Shown piece by piece: positions 1-10,042 of a stretch of DNA of 64,000 nt. Where the stretch lies: contig JAHHIM010000036.1 in NCBI GenBank assembly GCA_019358915.1, positions 128,001 through 192,000 of the forward strand. The letters run 5' to 3'. The notes below the pieces were generated by a model, which had not been told where the DNA came from, made no database searches, and worked only from the letters and a program-made list of their open reading frames with translations. Position 1 is the first letter of the stretch, and every line of letters begins with the position of its first letter. Source of the DNA: Trichormus sp. ATA11-4-KO1. GTDB lineage: Bacteria > Cyanobacteriota > Cyanobacteriia > Cyanobacteriales > Nostocaceae. The translations under genes and the position numbers were made by a program.

Positions 1-1
1 G

Positions 2-307
2 GGACGCATAGTTATGCGCCGTGCCTTAGAAGGTATTCTCCCAGAAAAAGTTCAATGGCGAGGAGATAAAACCAATCTGACACCAAATTTTTATGATGGA
101 CTTTTAAAGCGCGATCGCCAAATTTTAGATGATGTCATGTCCAACAAGCTAGGAATTATTGAAAAATATCTAAATATAGATTTTTTACAATCAGCTTATC
201 AACGAATAATCTCAGAAGAAAACCAAATTAATAATGAAGACATTATGGCAGTTTGGCAAGCAGTTACCTTAGCTTTGTGGCTAGACCATAAACAGGTAAA
301 TTTGTAG
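2..307 (+). CDS. Lasso peptide cyclase / asparagine synthetase-like protein, C-terminal fragment (gene starts upstream of window)
   Basis: Frame is open from the window edge (GRIVMRRALEGILPEKVQWRGDK). R.ivRrAl.giLP..v.wR.dK and the terminal W..v.LalWL are typical of Asn-synthetase-like C-termini. Directly upstream of a lasso-type precursor. Confidence 0.85.
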   Translation, partial: GRIVMRRALEGILPEKVQWRGDKTNLTPNFYDGLLKRDRQILDDVMSNKLGIIEKYLNIDFLQSAYQRIISEENQINNEDIMAVWQAVTLALWLDHKQVNL

Positions 308-437
308 TTTTAGCTTGGCAGGTTGTGAATATCGGTAGGCAATATTATACTTATTTATTGTTACCAGTACACACTGTAAGTCCAAGTCACAGGTAAATTC
401 CACTAAATTTCAATTACTCTAAATGAGGAGTTTTAAA

Positions 438-662
438 ATGAAAAAACAGTACAGCACACCAACCCTGAAAACTCACGGAAACGTTGAAGAAATCACCCAG
501 TTCTTCGGCGCTTCCTCTCAAAATGATTTCTTGTTCTTTGCTGGAAATAATTCTCCTATCTCTGCTCCTGGTGGCCCCATCACTGGTGGTGGTTCTATTG
601 ATGGGGTTATTAATCCATCTGAAAACAGCGTTCGATCAAGAGGAACATTACAAGGAAATTAG
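438..662 (+). CDS. Lasso peptide precursor (74 aa: 21-aa leader + 53-aa putative core)
   Basis: SD GAGGAG at 425-430, ATG at 438. Leader MKKQYSTPTLKTHGNVEEITQ has YxxPxL, a conserved Gly and Thr at -2. Core starts FFGASSQND (Asp at position 9). Confidence 0.85.
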   Translation: MKKQYSTPTLKTHGNVEEITQFFGASSQNDFLFFAGNNSPISAPGGPITGGGSIDGVINPSENSVRSRGTLQGN

Positions 663-720
663 TTCTTTAGGTAAAATCTTTTGATTGAACCTTTTGATAC
701 TACCTGAGTAAACTGCCAAA

Positions 721-749
721 GAGGCAAAACTAAATCTTAGTTTTGCCTC
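721..749 (+). terminator. Stem-loop downstream of lasso precursor (terminator or 3' stabilising hairpin)
   Basis: Perfect 13-bp inverted repeat GAGGCAAAACTAA-atc-TTAGTTTTGCCTC, about 60 nt after the precursor stop; no strong U-tract. Confidence 0.6.
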
Positions 750-854
750 ATAAAATATGTATCTTTCTTGGTGTCTTAGTGCCTTTGTGGTTCAAAATTA
801 AAAAAAACACAATAATAAAAAGCCTAATTGATTTGCAATCAATAAAAACATGTG

Positions 855-1757
855 ATGAAAACTTATCAAGCCTACAATCTATCAATTGCTTCCGAATTGT
901 TGTTGCCCGAATTAATTGAAATAGAAAAAGAAGGCAACCCAGACGTAATTGTACGGTTTGGTAAGCCAGAGGATATCACTAATGTGGAATTTGATCGGGG
1001 TAGCAAATTTCGTGGGGATGTAGCCGAAGTTGGCATGTTTTTGGTTCAGAAAGGATGTGAAATTACTATTGCTCCTGAGCCGGGAGTTGATGAAGCTCTT
1101 CTGTGTACCATACTTCTAGGTCCCATATTATCGATACTATTACGACAACGAGGACTGCTGGTTCTCCATGCTAGTTGTGTTGACATCAACAACAAAGCAG
1201 TGGCGTTTATGGGTGGTTCAGGCTGGGGTAAGTCAACCTTGGCAACAGCTTTTCATACAAGTGGCTTTGATGTCTTAAGTGATGATGTCATGCCGATCCA
1301 AATTGATTCAGGACAGCCAATAGTATTTCCTGCCTATCCCCAGTTCAAACTTTGGCCGGAAGCGGCTGCTTCTTTGGGACAGGATACCGAGAGTTTGTCT
1401 CCTATTCACCAAAACGCGCCTAAACTAGGCTACAAATTTGCTCGTGGTTTTCAACAAAATCCCCTGCCGTTACAGCGAATTTATGTACTGGCTAGGGGAG
1501 ATGAGCATGAAATTACTGAACTGCAACCCCAAGATGCCTTTGTCGAATTAGTGCGTCATACCCGTGCTATGAGTTTAGTAACAGAGCAGGAATTCCTGAC
1601 TTCCCATATGCGTCTGTGTACAGAACTAGTGAAAAAAGTGGATTTCTGTAGGTTTACTCGCAAGCCTTCTTTAGCAGATTTGCCCGATTTAGTCAAGCTA
1701 ATTGAAAATGATGTAGCAGACAACAACAAAAGCACTTTAACGTTAGCTGTCCAATAA
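855..1757 (+). CDS. HPr kinase-like / lasso peptide kinase
   Basis: LHASCV, Walker A GGSGWGKST and LSDD motifs typical of HprK-like kinases found in lasso clusters. Confidence 0.85.
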   Translation: MKTYQAYNLSIASELLLPELIEIEKEGNPDVIVRFGKPEDITNVEFDRGSKFRGDVAEVGMFLVQKGCEITIAPEPGVDEALLCTILLGPILSILLRQRGLLVLHASCVDINNKAVAFMGGSGWGKSTLATAFHTSGFDVLSDDVMPIQIDSGQPIVFPAYPQFKLWPEAAASLGQDTESLSPIHQNAPKLGYKFARGFQQNPLPLQRIYVLARGDEHEITELQPQDAFVELVRHTRAMSLVTEQEFLTSHMRLCTELVKKVDFCRFTRKPSLADLPDLVKLIENDVADNNKSTLTLAVQ

Positions 1758-1794
1758 TTGCAAAATATCTGGGAATTTAGAGGGTTTTAATATC

Positions 1795-3660
1795 TTGAAC
1801 AGCAAACTCCGTAGCGCAAAGACCATACTCTCCCATGTCATCAAAACATTTAAATTAGTCTGGGTGGCATCTCACTACTGGACTGTAACCTGGATGGTAG
1901 CGCTGTTTGTTCAAGGATTGCTACCTGCCGCCTCCATTTCCCTCACGCCTCAAGTAGTCAACGCTTTAGTTAAAGCCACTGGCTCCGGCGTTTCTATGGC
2001 AAGTGTGCAGCAGATTCTCCTTCCTGTGGGATTGATGGCAGGGATCATGGTATTGGGGGAGGTTTTGAATAGTGCTAGTGAATGGATTCGCACTGCTCAA
2101 TCAGAGCTAATACACGACTACATCACTGGTTTAATTCATAAACAATCAGTGGCAGTGGATTATGGCTTTTATGAATACTCTGAATACAATGACAAGCTAG
2201 AGAGAGCGCGAGAGGGAGCTAGTGGGCGATCGCTGGCTTTATTAGAAAGCACTGGTAGTTTATTGCAAAACACAGTGACTTTGTTGGCAATGGCCACAAT
2301 TCTGCTTTCCTATGGTCTGTGGTTACCTGCAATTCTGGTGATCAGTGCTTTCCCGGCTTTTTATTTTTTGACGTATATAAATAAAGTACAGTATCAATGG
2401 TCACAACGGACGACAACTGATCGTCGATGGCTCATGTACTACGATTACCTATTGACAAACAGTGCGATCGCCGCAGAAATCCGCTTGTTTGACTTTGCTG
2501 ATTACTTCCAATCTTCTTACCAAAATCTGCGTCGGCGACTCAGACGTGAACATTTCAACTTGTTGAAATTACAAACAGCAGGCCGCCTGATTGCTGTACT
2601 GATTGCTTTGATCATTGCCGGTTCTGCTTTAGCCTGGATGGGACGGCAAGTTTTATTAGGAATTTTAACTTTAGGCGATTTAGCCTTATTTTTCCAAGCT
2701 TTCAATCAAGGACAAAGCATTGTCAAAAATCTTTTAAGCAACTTGGGGCAAATTTATCGCAATGGCTTGTTTCTGGGTAACTTGTTTGAATTTTTACAGA
2801 TTCAGCCAACAATTGTCAGTCCACCTAACCCGATTCCTGTACCATCAGCGCTTAAACAGGGAATTAAATTTAGACAAGTTTGCTTTCGCTACCCTGGCAG
2901 TCAAGAACCAGTGTTAGATAACTTTAACCTAACGCTACCGGCTGGTAAAATTGTGGCGATCGTCGGTGACAATGGTGCTGGCAAAAGTACTTTAATTAAG
3001 CTCTTGTGCCGCTTCTATGACCCGGATTCGGGAAGTATTGAACTAGATGGCATAGATTTTCGCAGCTTTTCTGTCAAAGAACTCCGCCGCTTAATTACTG
3101 TATTGTTCCAGTCTCCCATCCCATACAACACAACGGCTGGTGAAAATATTGCTTTGGGTAATATATCAACGGCATTTAACCAAAAAGACATTGAAGTAGC
3201 TGCTCAAGCATCGGGCATCCATGAAAAATTGTTACGCTTGCCTCTAGGGTATAACAGCATGTTGGGTAAGTTGTTTCCTGACGGCACTGACTTAAGCGGC
3301 GGCGAGTGGCAACGTCTGGCACTGGCACGGGCATTTTTCAGACGTGCCCAAATTATTATCTTGGATGAACCAACTAGTGCTATGGACCCGTGGGCTGAAC
3401 ATGACTGGCTGGAGAGGTTCCGTAAATTGGCAAGCGATCGCACTGCGGTTGTGATTACTCACCGCTTTACACTAGCGATGCAGGCAGATATTATTCACGT
3501 TATGCGTGCTGGTAAGATTGTAGAATCGGGAAATCATGATGAACTTCTAGCCTTAGATGGACTGTATGCTCAATCTTGGAAAACCCAAATGGAAGCTAAT
3601 TTCCATCGCGTTGTCGAGAACAGCATTGCTGAGAATTGTGTGCCCAATACGCATGTTTAG
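1795..3660 (+). CDS. ABC transporter, fused permease/ATP-binding exporter
   Basis: N-terminal TM helices; Walker A GDNGAGKST, signature LSGGEWQR, Walker B IIILDEPT. Confidence 0.95.
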   Translation: MNSKLRSAKTILSHVIKTFKLVWVASHYWTVTWMVALFVQGLLPAASISLTPQVVNALVKATGSGVSMASVQQILLPVGLMAGIMVLGEVLNSASEWIRTAQSELIHDYITGLIHKQSVAVDYGFYEYSEYNDKLERAREGASGRSLALLESTGSLLQNTVTLLAMATILLSYGLWLPAILVISAFPAFYFLTYINKVQYQWSQRTTTDRRWLMYYDYLLTNSAIAAEIRLFDFADYFQSSYQNLRRRLRREHFNLLKLQTAGRLIAVLIALIIAGSALAWMGRQVLLGILTLGDLALFFQAFNQGQSIVKNLLSNLGQIYRNGLFLGNLFEFLQIQPTIVSPPNPIPVPSALKQGIKFRQVCFRYPGSQEPVLDNFNLTLPAGKIVAIVGDNGAGKSTLIKLLCRFYDPDSGSIELDGIDFRSFSVKELRRLITVLFQSPIPYNTTAGENIALGNISTAFNQKDIEVAAQASGIHEKLLRLPLGYNSMLGKLFPDGTDLSGGEWQRLALARAFFRRAQIIILDEPTSAMDPWAEHDWLERFRKLASDRTAVVITHRFTLAMQADIIHVMRAGKIVESGNHDELLALDGLYAQSWKTQMEANFHRVVENSIAENCVPNTHV

Positions 3661-4079
3661 GTAGTCAATCATAATATCCTAGTAATAGGATGTAATACTA
3701 GTAAAAATCTTACTTGATTAAAGATTTTGAAGAAAAATTGGGAAATTATCACTTATTTGTATATTTACAGGTTGAAATTTTTTTTTAATGATATATTGAA
3801 TCCGAATACTCAAGATAATAAATTTTCGCGAATACATAGTTTATTTGAGTATTTTGGTCAAAAATCTGAGGTTCTGCATATTCACAGTAAATACTTTAGT
3901 CATGTCACAAACAACATAAGTCAAAATTAAGAGGATACTTCTGTCATTGTGATAACTCACCGCTTAACCTGGGCGAACTTACATCTTTATATCTCAACAG
4001 GTGTTGACTACAGTATCGAACTAGTAAGCTCTGGATTTTAGTTCTGGGCAAAAGGACACAAACTTAATCTCAAGTTCTG

Positions 4080-5210
4080 ATGAAAACCAAACCCGATACT
4101 GAAAATCAGGAAATTACAAATCGCCCTGAGGTTGAGCTACTTCTTTGTATTGCTCGTACTCATCCAGATACCGCAACTATTGAACGCATCAAAACCCTGC
4201 TTGAGCAAGACCTTGACTGGGCCTACATAATTCAAACAGCAACATTTCACAAGGTCATGCCACTGCTGTACCAAAACTTGAATACTAACTGTACAGAGCT
4301 AGTTCCCAAAGATGTTTTGGCGGATCTGCTGTATTATTTCAAAGCCAATGCTAGACGCAACTTGTTCCTGACTAACGAGTTGCTTAAACTGCTGAATCTA
4401 TTTGAATCCCATGACCTCACCGTAATTCCAATTAAAGGAGCTATCCTTGCTGTCTCAGTCTACAATAATCTCGCACTCCGACAGTTCACAGACATAGATA
4501 TCTTAGTTCGCCCGCAAGATGCCATAGTAGCTAGGGATCTGCTGGTTGCTCAGGGATTTCAAAATACATACAATCATACTCGAGACCAAGAAGTCGCCAG
4601 GCTACAATCTCCATTCTGCAAGGATAATAACTACACACACAAACATACAGGGGTTAATTTAGACCTTCACTGGCAACTCTTGCAGAAATATCTATCTTTT
4701 CCCATTGCACATGAACGCCTGTGGGAGCGTCATGGGGCAATATCCTTGGCAGGTAAAACAGTAATTAACCTATCACCAGAAGATAACCTTTTATTCCTCT
4801 GTGTACATGCTTGCAGGGATCGTTGGAACAAGTTGAGTTTAATCAGCGATGTTGCTACACTCATCTGTGTTTCGTCAGAGATGAATTGGGATTGGGTTAT
4901 AGAGCAAGCCAAGCTATTAGGTTGTTGGCGGAGATTATTGCTTGGTATGCTCTTAGCTAAGAATTTACTGGAAACAGAGATTCCCGAAATAATTTTGCAA
5001 AAAATAAAGGCTGAATCTGGGCTAAAAACAATTACGAAACAAGTGGAAGAAAGGCTTTTTATTCAAACTTACAAGCCACCCACACTCTGGACAAGATATT
5101 TTTTCGATTTGAGCCTAAGGGAACGTCTACAAGATAAAGTTCAGTACGGTGTTTACCAATCTGTCCTGATTACTGCCAGAAGCAATAAACTATTCCCGGC
5201 TTGGATATAG
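4080..5210 (+). CDS. Nucleotidyltransferase family protein (NTP_transf_5-like)
   Basis: PIKGAIL...RQFTDIDILV and LDLHW motifs typical of this family, which often accompanies lasso clusters. Confidence 0.85.
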   Translation: MKTKPDTENQEITNRPEVELLLCIARTHPDTATIERIKTLLEQDLDWAYIIQTATFHKVMPLLYQNLNTNCTELVPKDVLADLLYYFKANARRNLFLTNELLKLLNLFESHDLTVIPIKGAILAVSVYNNLALRQFTDIDILVRPQDAIVARDLLVAQGFQNTYNHTRDQEVARLQSPFCKDNNYTHKHTGVNLDLHWQLLQKYLSFPIAHERLWERHGAISLAGKTVINLSPEDNLLFLCVHACRDRWNKLSLISDVATLICVSSEMNWDWVIEQAKLLGCWRRLLLGMLLAKNLLETEIPEIILQKIKAESGLKTITKQVEERLFIQTYKPPTLWTRYFFDLSLRERLQDKVQYGVYQSVLITARSNKLFPAWI

Positions 5211-5733
5211 TAGGGTATTTAAAAACTTAGGTTTTATCCCTTATTGGGTGACTATATCCTTCAAGCTGTGAGCCAATAAAAAGCAAAAGCCACTGTGAAA
5301 CAACAAGCTATTTCCTTAATATCAGTTTAAAAGGGAATAGTGGTAATGACTACTTATGGCATAAAGCAATTTGGGTTATTAAAGTAATTTAACTTTGCCA
5401 TAAGTTAATGAATCGTCATTTCTTTTTCCTGGATGATTCGCTTGTAGTAAGGGCTTCAGCCCTGGTTTTATGCAACTCGAATGCTCATTAGCTTATCAAT
5501 AACCAAAAGTCTTGCTATACAAGATTTTGAAAGCTATCAGATTTTACCTGCCTGTAGAATGCTTTTTGCATGACATTTACGTATTTTCTCTAACACTGCT
5601 TCTGCAAATAGTGAGTTAACCTCAAAAACATTGTACTGCCACCCCCCATTTACACGGTTCCGTTAATACAAAGGAACTACAAAATTTTCAAAATTTTAGT
5701 GTCGCCAACTTAATTTGTTCCAGGATTTTTATC

Positions 5734-7176
5734 ATGAATAAGCATACTTCTCTTTTGTGTTCAGTTCTTGCATCTTCTGTTTTCTTAGCTCAGCCATCAG
5801 GCTATACGTTGGCAAATACACCTGTTACGATTACAGTTAAACAAGGAGCAAGACAAGCGCTTCAAGGCTTAGGTGCTAGTCAAACTATTGGTGGTGGCAG
5901 AAATTATTCAAAACTGGCACAATCTGAAAAAAATACGCTGCAAAAACTTGTGTGTACTGACATAAAGTTTAAAATTGTCAGGTTATGGTTTAATCCTTCT
6001 CAATATGCACCTGAGCCTGGTGTAGAAGATAATTCTGCGTTTTTAAAATCTTTTGTAAACTCAGGATTTATTTCTGATGCCTTGGTCAATGGCTGTAACA
6101 CACTTCTACTTGCTCCCACCGGAATTCCAGCATATATGGGTCCTTCTAGTGGACGTGGCTACATTCGTGACTCTCAGGTCAAAAATTATGCCGCACTCTT
6201 AGCAGATTTTATATATAAAGTGAAGCAAGAAAACGGAGTAACAATTCACGCTACAGGTGTGTTGAATGAGCCAAACGACCGTCCTATAAAATTCTCAGAT
6301 GAGCAGTGGCCTGTCATCATCAAAAATCTCCGTAAAGAGCTTGATAATCGTGGGTTGAAAGATGTGAAAATTATTGCCCCAGAACTAGCAAATGCCGATG
6401 CTGTAGCGGATCGAGTGATTAAAGCTATAAAGCAAGACCCTGAAGCATGGGAAGTTTTGGACGGGATCTCAACCCACTCCTATAACATGGCAGCGAGACC
6501 AAGTATTTCCAATTTGATTGAGGGAACAGATAAAGAATATTGGATGACAGAAGCTGGTACTAACGGTCCAGAAGAACCAGGGGATGCATTAAACGCTGCT
6601 GCTGCGGCTACTCGGTTTCTCAATGACATGAACCATAGAGTTAGTCACTGGATTTGGTTTATTGGTCACGCATCAGCAGATCCCAAAGATAATGCTACAC
6701 GCCTGATTCGTTATTCGTTTGATCCATTTCGTTATGATATTTTTCAGAAGTATTACTACTTTCTCCAACTCAGCAAGACATTTGACTTGGGGGCAGTATT
6801 TAGAAAAAGTGTAAGTTCCCTAGACGGCAACATGACCTGGACTTACGGTAAAAAGCCCCGAATTACTGTCGCTAGTGCCAAAAATCCAGATGGTTCTTGG
6901 GGAATAGCTGTCAGCAACTTTACAGACGATAGGTTTGAGGTTACCCTTCCTAACGGTTACAAAGTGTCAAACCCACAAGGGGGTCGTGCAGCAGAGGATT
7001 TTGCGGTAACAGTCTTTGTGGAGGAACTTGCCCAAGCAGGAGACAAAACAATGAGAATGTATCGCTCAAATAGTAATGTCAATAACGTATATGTTGGTGA
7101 TGCTGTGATGCGTAGAGGAAAGGTGACTATACCTAATGTACGCAGTTTGGATTTAATTACTTTGCGAAGTCAATAA
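5734..7176 (+). CDS. Secreted glycoside hydrolase, clan GH-A (GH30-like)
   Basis: Signal-peptide-like N-terminus; NEP acid/base motif (VLNEPND), STHSY and WMTE nucleophile motif. Confidence 0.7.
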   Translation: MNKHTSLLCSVLASSVFLAQPSGYTLANTPVTITVKQGARQALQGLGASQTIGGGRNYSKLAQSEKNTLQKLVCTDIKFKIVRLWFNPSQYAPEPGVEDNSAFLKSFVNSGFISDALVNGCNTLLLAPTGIPAYMGPSSGRGYIRDSQVKNYAALLADFIYKVKQENGVTIHATGVLNEPNDRPIKFSDEQWPVIIKNLRKELDNRGLKDVKIIAPELANADAVADRVIKAIKQDPEAWEVLDGISTHSYNMAARPSISNLIEGTDKEYWMTEAGTNGPEEPGDALNAAAAATRFLNDMNHRVSHWIWFIGHASADPKDNATRLIRYSFDPFRYDIFQKYYYFLQLSKTFDLGAVFRKSVSSLDGNMTWTYGKKPRITVASAKNPDGSWGIAVSNFTDDRFEVTLPNGYKVSNPQGGRAAEDFAVTVFVEELAQAGDKTMRMYRSNSNVNNVYVGDAVMRRGKVTIPNVRSLDLITLRSQ

Positions 7177-7205
7177 ATCCTCAAAACAAGTAGTTGAAAA
7201 AAATA

Positions 7206-7269
7206 AAAGTTTGTAGTCAGTGGCTCTAGCCCTGAAAACCTTGAATATAAGCGCTAAAGCACTCACTAC
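7206..7269. repeat. 64-bp GTAG-type REP doublet, copy 1
   Basis: 63/64 identical to the reverse complement of 8664-8727; internally GTAG...CTAC with short palindromes. Confidence 0.9.
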
Positions 7270-7404
7270 ACACTATTAGGCAATAAAATTCAGTTAATTT
7301 TGGGTTTGTTTTTCAACTCAATGTTAACTGAATTATCTTATTCTCTAGCTGTAATTTACAATTTTGCAAATTAATTTTCTTATTTTGTATAAGAGCTTTA
7401 TTGA

Positions 7405-8583
7405 CTATTTAATAAATTGTTGGTAAATGTCCATTAATTGCCGATAATTAGTTTTAGGAGTATACTTACTTTCATAAGTATGGCGAGCATTCTTTCCCAT
7501 ACAAATTATATCTTGGGGGTTATCTATAGCCCATTTAATTTTTGCTGCCAAACTTACAGAATCTCCTGCTTGAAAATGTAAACCGTTTACACCATTTTCT
7601 ACAATTTCTGCCATACTACCTAATTTAGGAGCTAGCACAGGTAGACCACAAGCAAAAGCTTCTATGATCGTTAAAGGAAAACCTTCATACCAAATCGAAG
7701 GAAACACTAAAAAATCTGCATTATACATTAATTCAAAAACTGTTTCTCTGTCCTGAAAGCCTAGAAATTCAATTAACTTTCCATAACCTGTGTGCTGGGC
7801 TTTCTCTTGCAAAACCTGGTATAACGGCCCATCACCAACAATTTTTAGAGGTATAGATAAGTCGTTTTGGATATAAGCATCAATCAGAATTGAAACTCCT
7901 TTTTCTTCTGATAGCCTACCTACAAAAAGTAAGTAGCTACCACGCTTAATATATTTGTCAGAGTAATCGCTATGGAAAATAAAATTTGGTTTGATGTGGA
8001 TTTTATCGCCTGGCATTCCAGCTTGAACCATCTTGTCTTTTTGAAATTGTGTAAAAACAATATAAGCATCTACTCGCTCATGCCAAGTACCTCTTAGTCG
8101 GTGGTAGGTAGTCATTGCTGCCACAACCGAGCTTTGGAGACGGGAGTTGCGGTAACAGCCATGTACAATTGCAGACCAAGGTATTAACGTACCAATACAA
8201 TCTTCGCAAATTTTGCCGTCTCGAAATGGCATTGCTTTAGGACAAGCAAGTCGATAGTTGTGCAGAGTTTGTACAACAGGTACTCTGGCACTACGGCAAG
8301 CATCGTAAACCGAAGGAGAAAAGAGCGGGAAAAAGTTATGCACGTGGACTATTTCGGGACAAAAGCGACTTATTGCTGCTTTGACCTGCTTTTTAGCTGC
8401 AAAAGAGTAGATAGCCTTTCCCGATGCAACAGTCGTGTCCCAAATATTGGCAATTTTGTGATTATTTTCTTCCAATAAAATCACTTCATGCCCGTTGGCT
8501 TCTAATAGGTTTTTCTCTTCCTGAACTACCCTATCTTCTCCACCTGCAAATCGGTAGCGATTATGTAAAATTAACAGCTTCAT
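7405..8583 (-). CDS. Glycosyltransferase family 4
   Basis: HNRY..GGE N-terminus, LFVGRLSEEKG, PSIWYEGFPLTIIEA (EX7E). Confidence 0.93.
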   Translation of the reverse strand: MKLLILHNRYRFAGGEDRVVQEEKNLLEANGHEVILLEENNHKIANIWDTTVASGKAIYSFAAKKQVKAAISRFCPEIVHVHNFFPLFSPSVYDACRSARVPVVQTLHNYRLACPKAMPFRDGKICEDCIGTLIPWSAIVHGCYRNSRLQSSVVAAMTTYHRLRGTWHERVDAYIVFTQFQKDKMVQAGMPGDKIHIKPNFIFHSDYSDKYIKRGSYLLFVGRLSEEKGVSILIDAYIQNDLSIPLKIVGDGPLYQVLQEKAQHTGYGKLIEFLGFQDRETVFELMYNADFLVFPSIWYEGFPLTIIEAFACGLPVLAPKLGSMAEIVENGVNGLHFQAGDSVSLAAKIKWAIDNPQDIICMGKNARHTYESKYTPKTNYRQLMDIYQQFIK

Positions 8584-8663
8584 GCTTGTTTTTCTAAGCT
8601 GAATATAGATAGTCTACAAGTAAGCAAGTAGGTGCAATTCAAATCTCAATATACTCATGCCTC

Positions 8664-8727
8664 GTAGTGAGTGCTTTAGCGCTTATATTCAAGGTTTTCA
8701 GGGCTAGATCCACTGACTACAAACTTT
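8664..8727. repeat. 64-bp GTAG-type REP doublet, copy 2 (inverted relative to copy 1)
   Basis: Reverse complement of 7206-7269 with one mismatch. Confidence 0.9.
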
Positions 8728-8785
8728 CCTTTACTTAAATGAGACATAACCCAGCAATATTATCAAAATTTGTCAAATTAGGTAT

Positions 8786-10024
8786 CTACTGCTGAGTGCA
8801 GATTTCTTTATATAGTTGAGACAGGAAAAAACCTTTAGTTTCCCAACTAAAAACATCTTTTACTCTCTTTTGTCCTGCTTGACCCATACGCAATCTCAAC
8901 TCTGGGTCTTTAACCAAAAATAACATTGCTTTAGCAATACTTTGTACTGCTTCTTCAGGTGTACGTGCCTGAATTTTAAAGCCAGTTTCTTCCGTAACCT
9001 GAACAGATGGACCTCCCAAATCCAAACAAATTACTGGACACCCTGCTGCCATTGCTTCTAAGCAAACCCAACCACCAGAATCATGCAGGCTAGGGTGAAC
9101 TAGCACCGCGCACTCGCTAAGTTTACACAAAGTTTCATTTCTGGATAATCTACCCCAAAATTTAACTTGGTGAGCAACACCAAGTTCTGCGGCAAAAGTC
9201 TTTAATCGTTCCAGTTCAGGCCCGTCTCCCAAAATCCAGTATTCTGTATTTTCAGGTAAATCTGCTGTAGCAAATGCTTGCACTCCCAGATGAAACCCTT
9301 TCCAGTGCAACAATCTGGCCATACTAATAAACCGAATTGGTAAAATATCAGAATTATTATGCTGGGCAAGTTGCTGAATTTCCTCTTTTGATAAACCTGA
9401 CTCAGGAAGAATTTGGACATTTTTTGCACCCATTTGGTGCAGTCGTTGAGCGGTATCTTTTGTTGTTGCCCAAGCTAAAATACTACGCCTAGCAGTCAGG
9501 CGAACAAAGGGGTCGTTTTCCCCAAACAAGCGGGCTAGATTTCGCAGAAATTCATAAATTTTGCCACGCCAGCTAAAATTTTGCCAAAAGGTTTTGGGCG
9601 CTAATTCTCCACCTCCCACAGGACCCCAGATAAAAGGAATCGGTAAAAGTGCAAGAAAACTGGGACTAGAGTATTTAACATAGGTTACATGATGTGAAAT
9701 ATCAAAGCAAATATCTTGATGTAGTGAGCGACTGACAAAATATGCTTTAATTTGCCAGAGATAGTAGTGAAAATAAACCCATTTTTGTGTGTGCTTTCCT
9801 TTTGGACTCCAATCTATAATCCAGCCCCAGGGATCTAGATAAATGAAGTGTAAGTTGGGTATTGGGCTACGTGCAAGTTCAGCTTCAATGCCTGAGCGGT
9901 GGCAATTTGATGTTAAGACCCAGACATGACAATACTTGCTTACTTCCCGGACAACATTCCAGCCTACTCCTGGTTCGGAGCCTTGACCTGGTTCACAGGC
10001 GTATGCAGAAATCAGAATATTCAT
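8786..10024 (-). CDS. Glycosyltransferase family 4
   Basis: SAYACEPGQGSEPGVGWN; RLLHWKG; HPSLHDSGGWVCLEAMAAG. Confidence 0.92.
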   Translation of the reverse strand: MNILISAYACEPGQGSEPGVGWNVVREVSKYCHVWVLTSNCHRSGIEAELARSPIPNLHFIYLDPWGWIIDWSPKGKHTQKWVYFHYYLWQIKAYFVSRSLHQDICFDISHHVTYVKYSSPSFLALLPIPFIWGPVGGGELAPKTFWQNFSWRGKIYEFLRNLARLFGENDPFVRLTARRSILAWATTKDTAQRLHQMGAKNVQILPESGLSKEEIQQLAQHNNSDILPIRFISMARLLHWKGFHLGVQAFATADLPENTEYWILGDGPELERLKTFAAELGVAHQVKFWGRLSRNETLCKLSECAVLVHPSLHDSGGWVCLEAMAAGCPVICLDLGGPSVQVTEETGFKIQARTPEEAVQSIAKAMLFLVKDPELRLRMGQAGQKRVKDVFSWETKGFFLSQLYKEICTQQ

Positions 10025-10042
10025 AATTTGAAAGCATATTTT

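Noticed and set aside
423..437. ORF-track start of the lasso precursor at 423 (MRSFK...)
   Set aside because: These bases contain the SD (GAGGAG) for ATG 438, and MKKQY is the typical leader start.
579..662. Possible second lasso core after ITG|GGSIDG
   Set aside because: No second YxxPxL leader, and Asp would be at position 5, outside the 7-9 ring range.
3727..3930. 67-aa AT-rich ORF between ABC transporter and NTase (possible missing lasso B1 protein)
   Set aside because: TTG start, no SD, no PqqD/RRE-like features; likely spurious.
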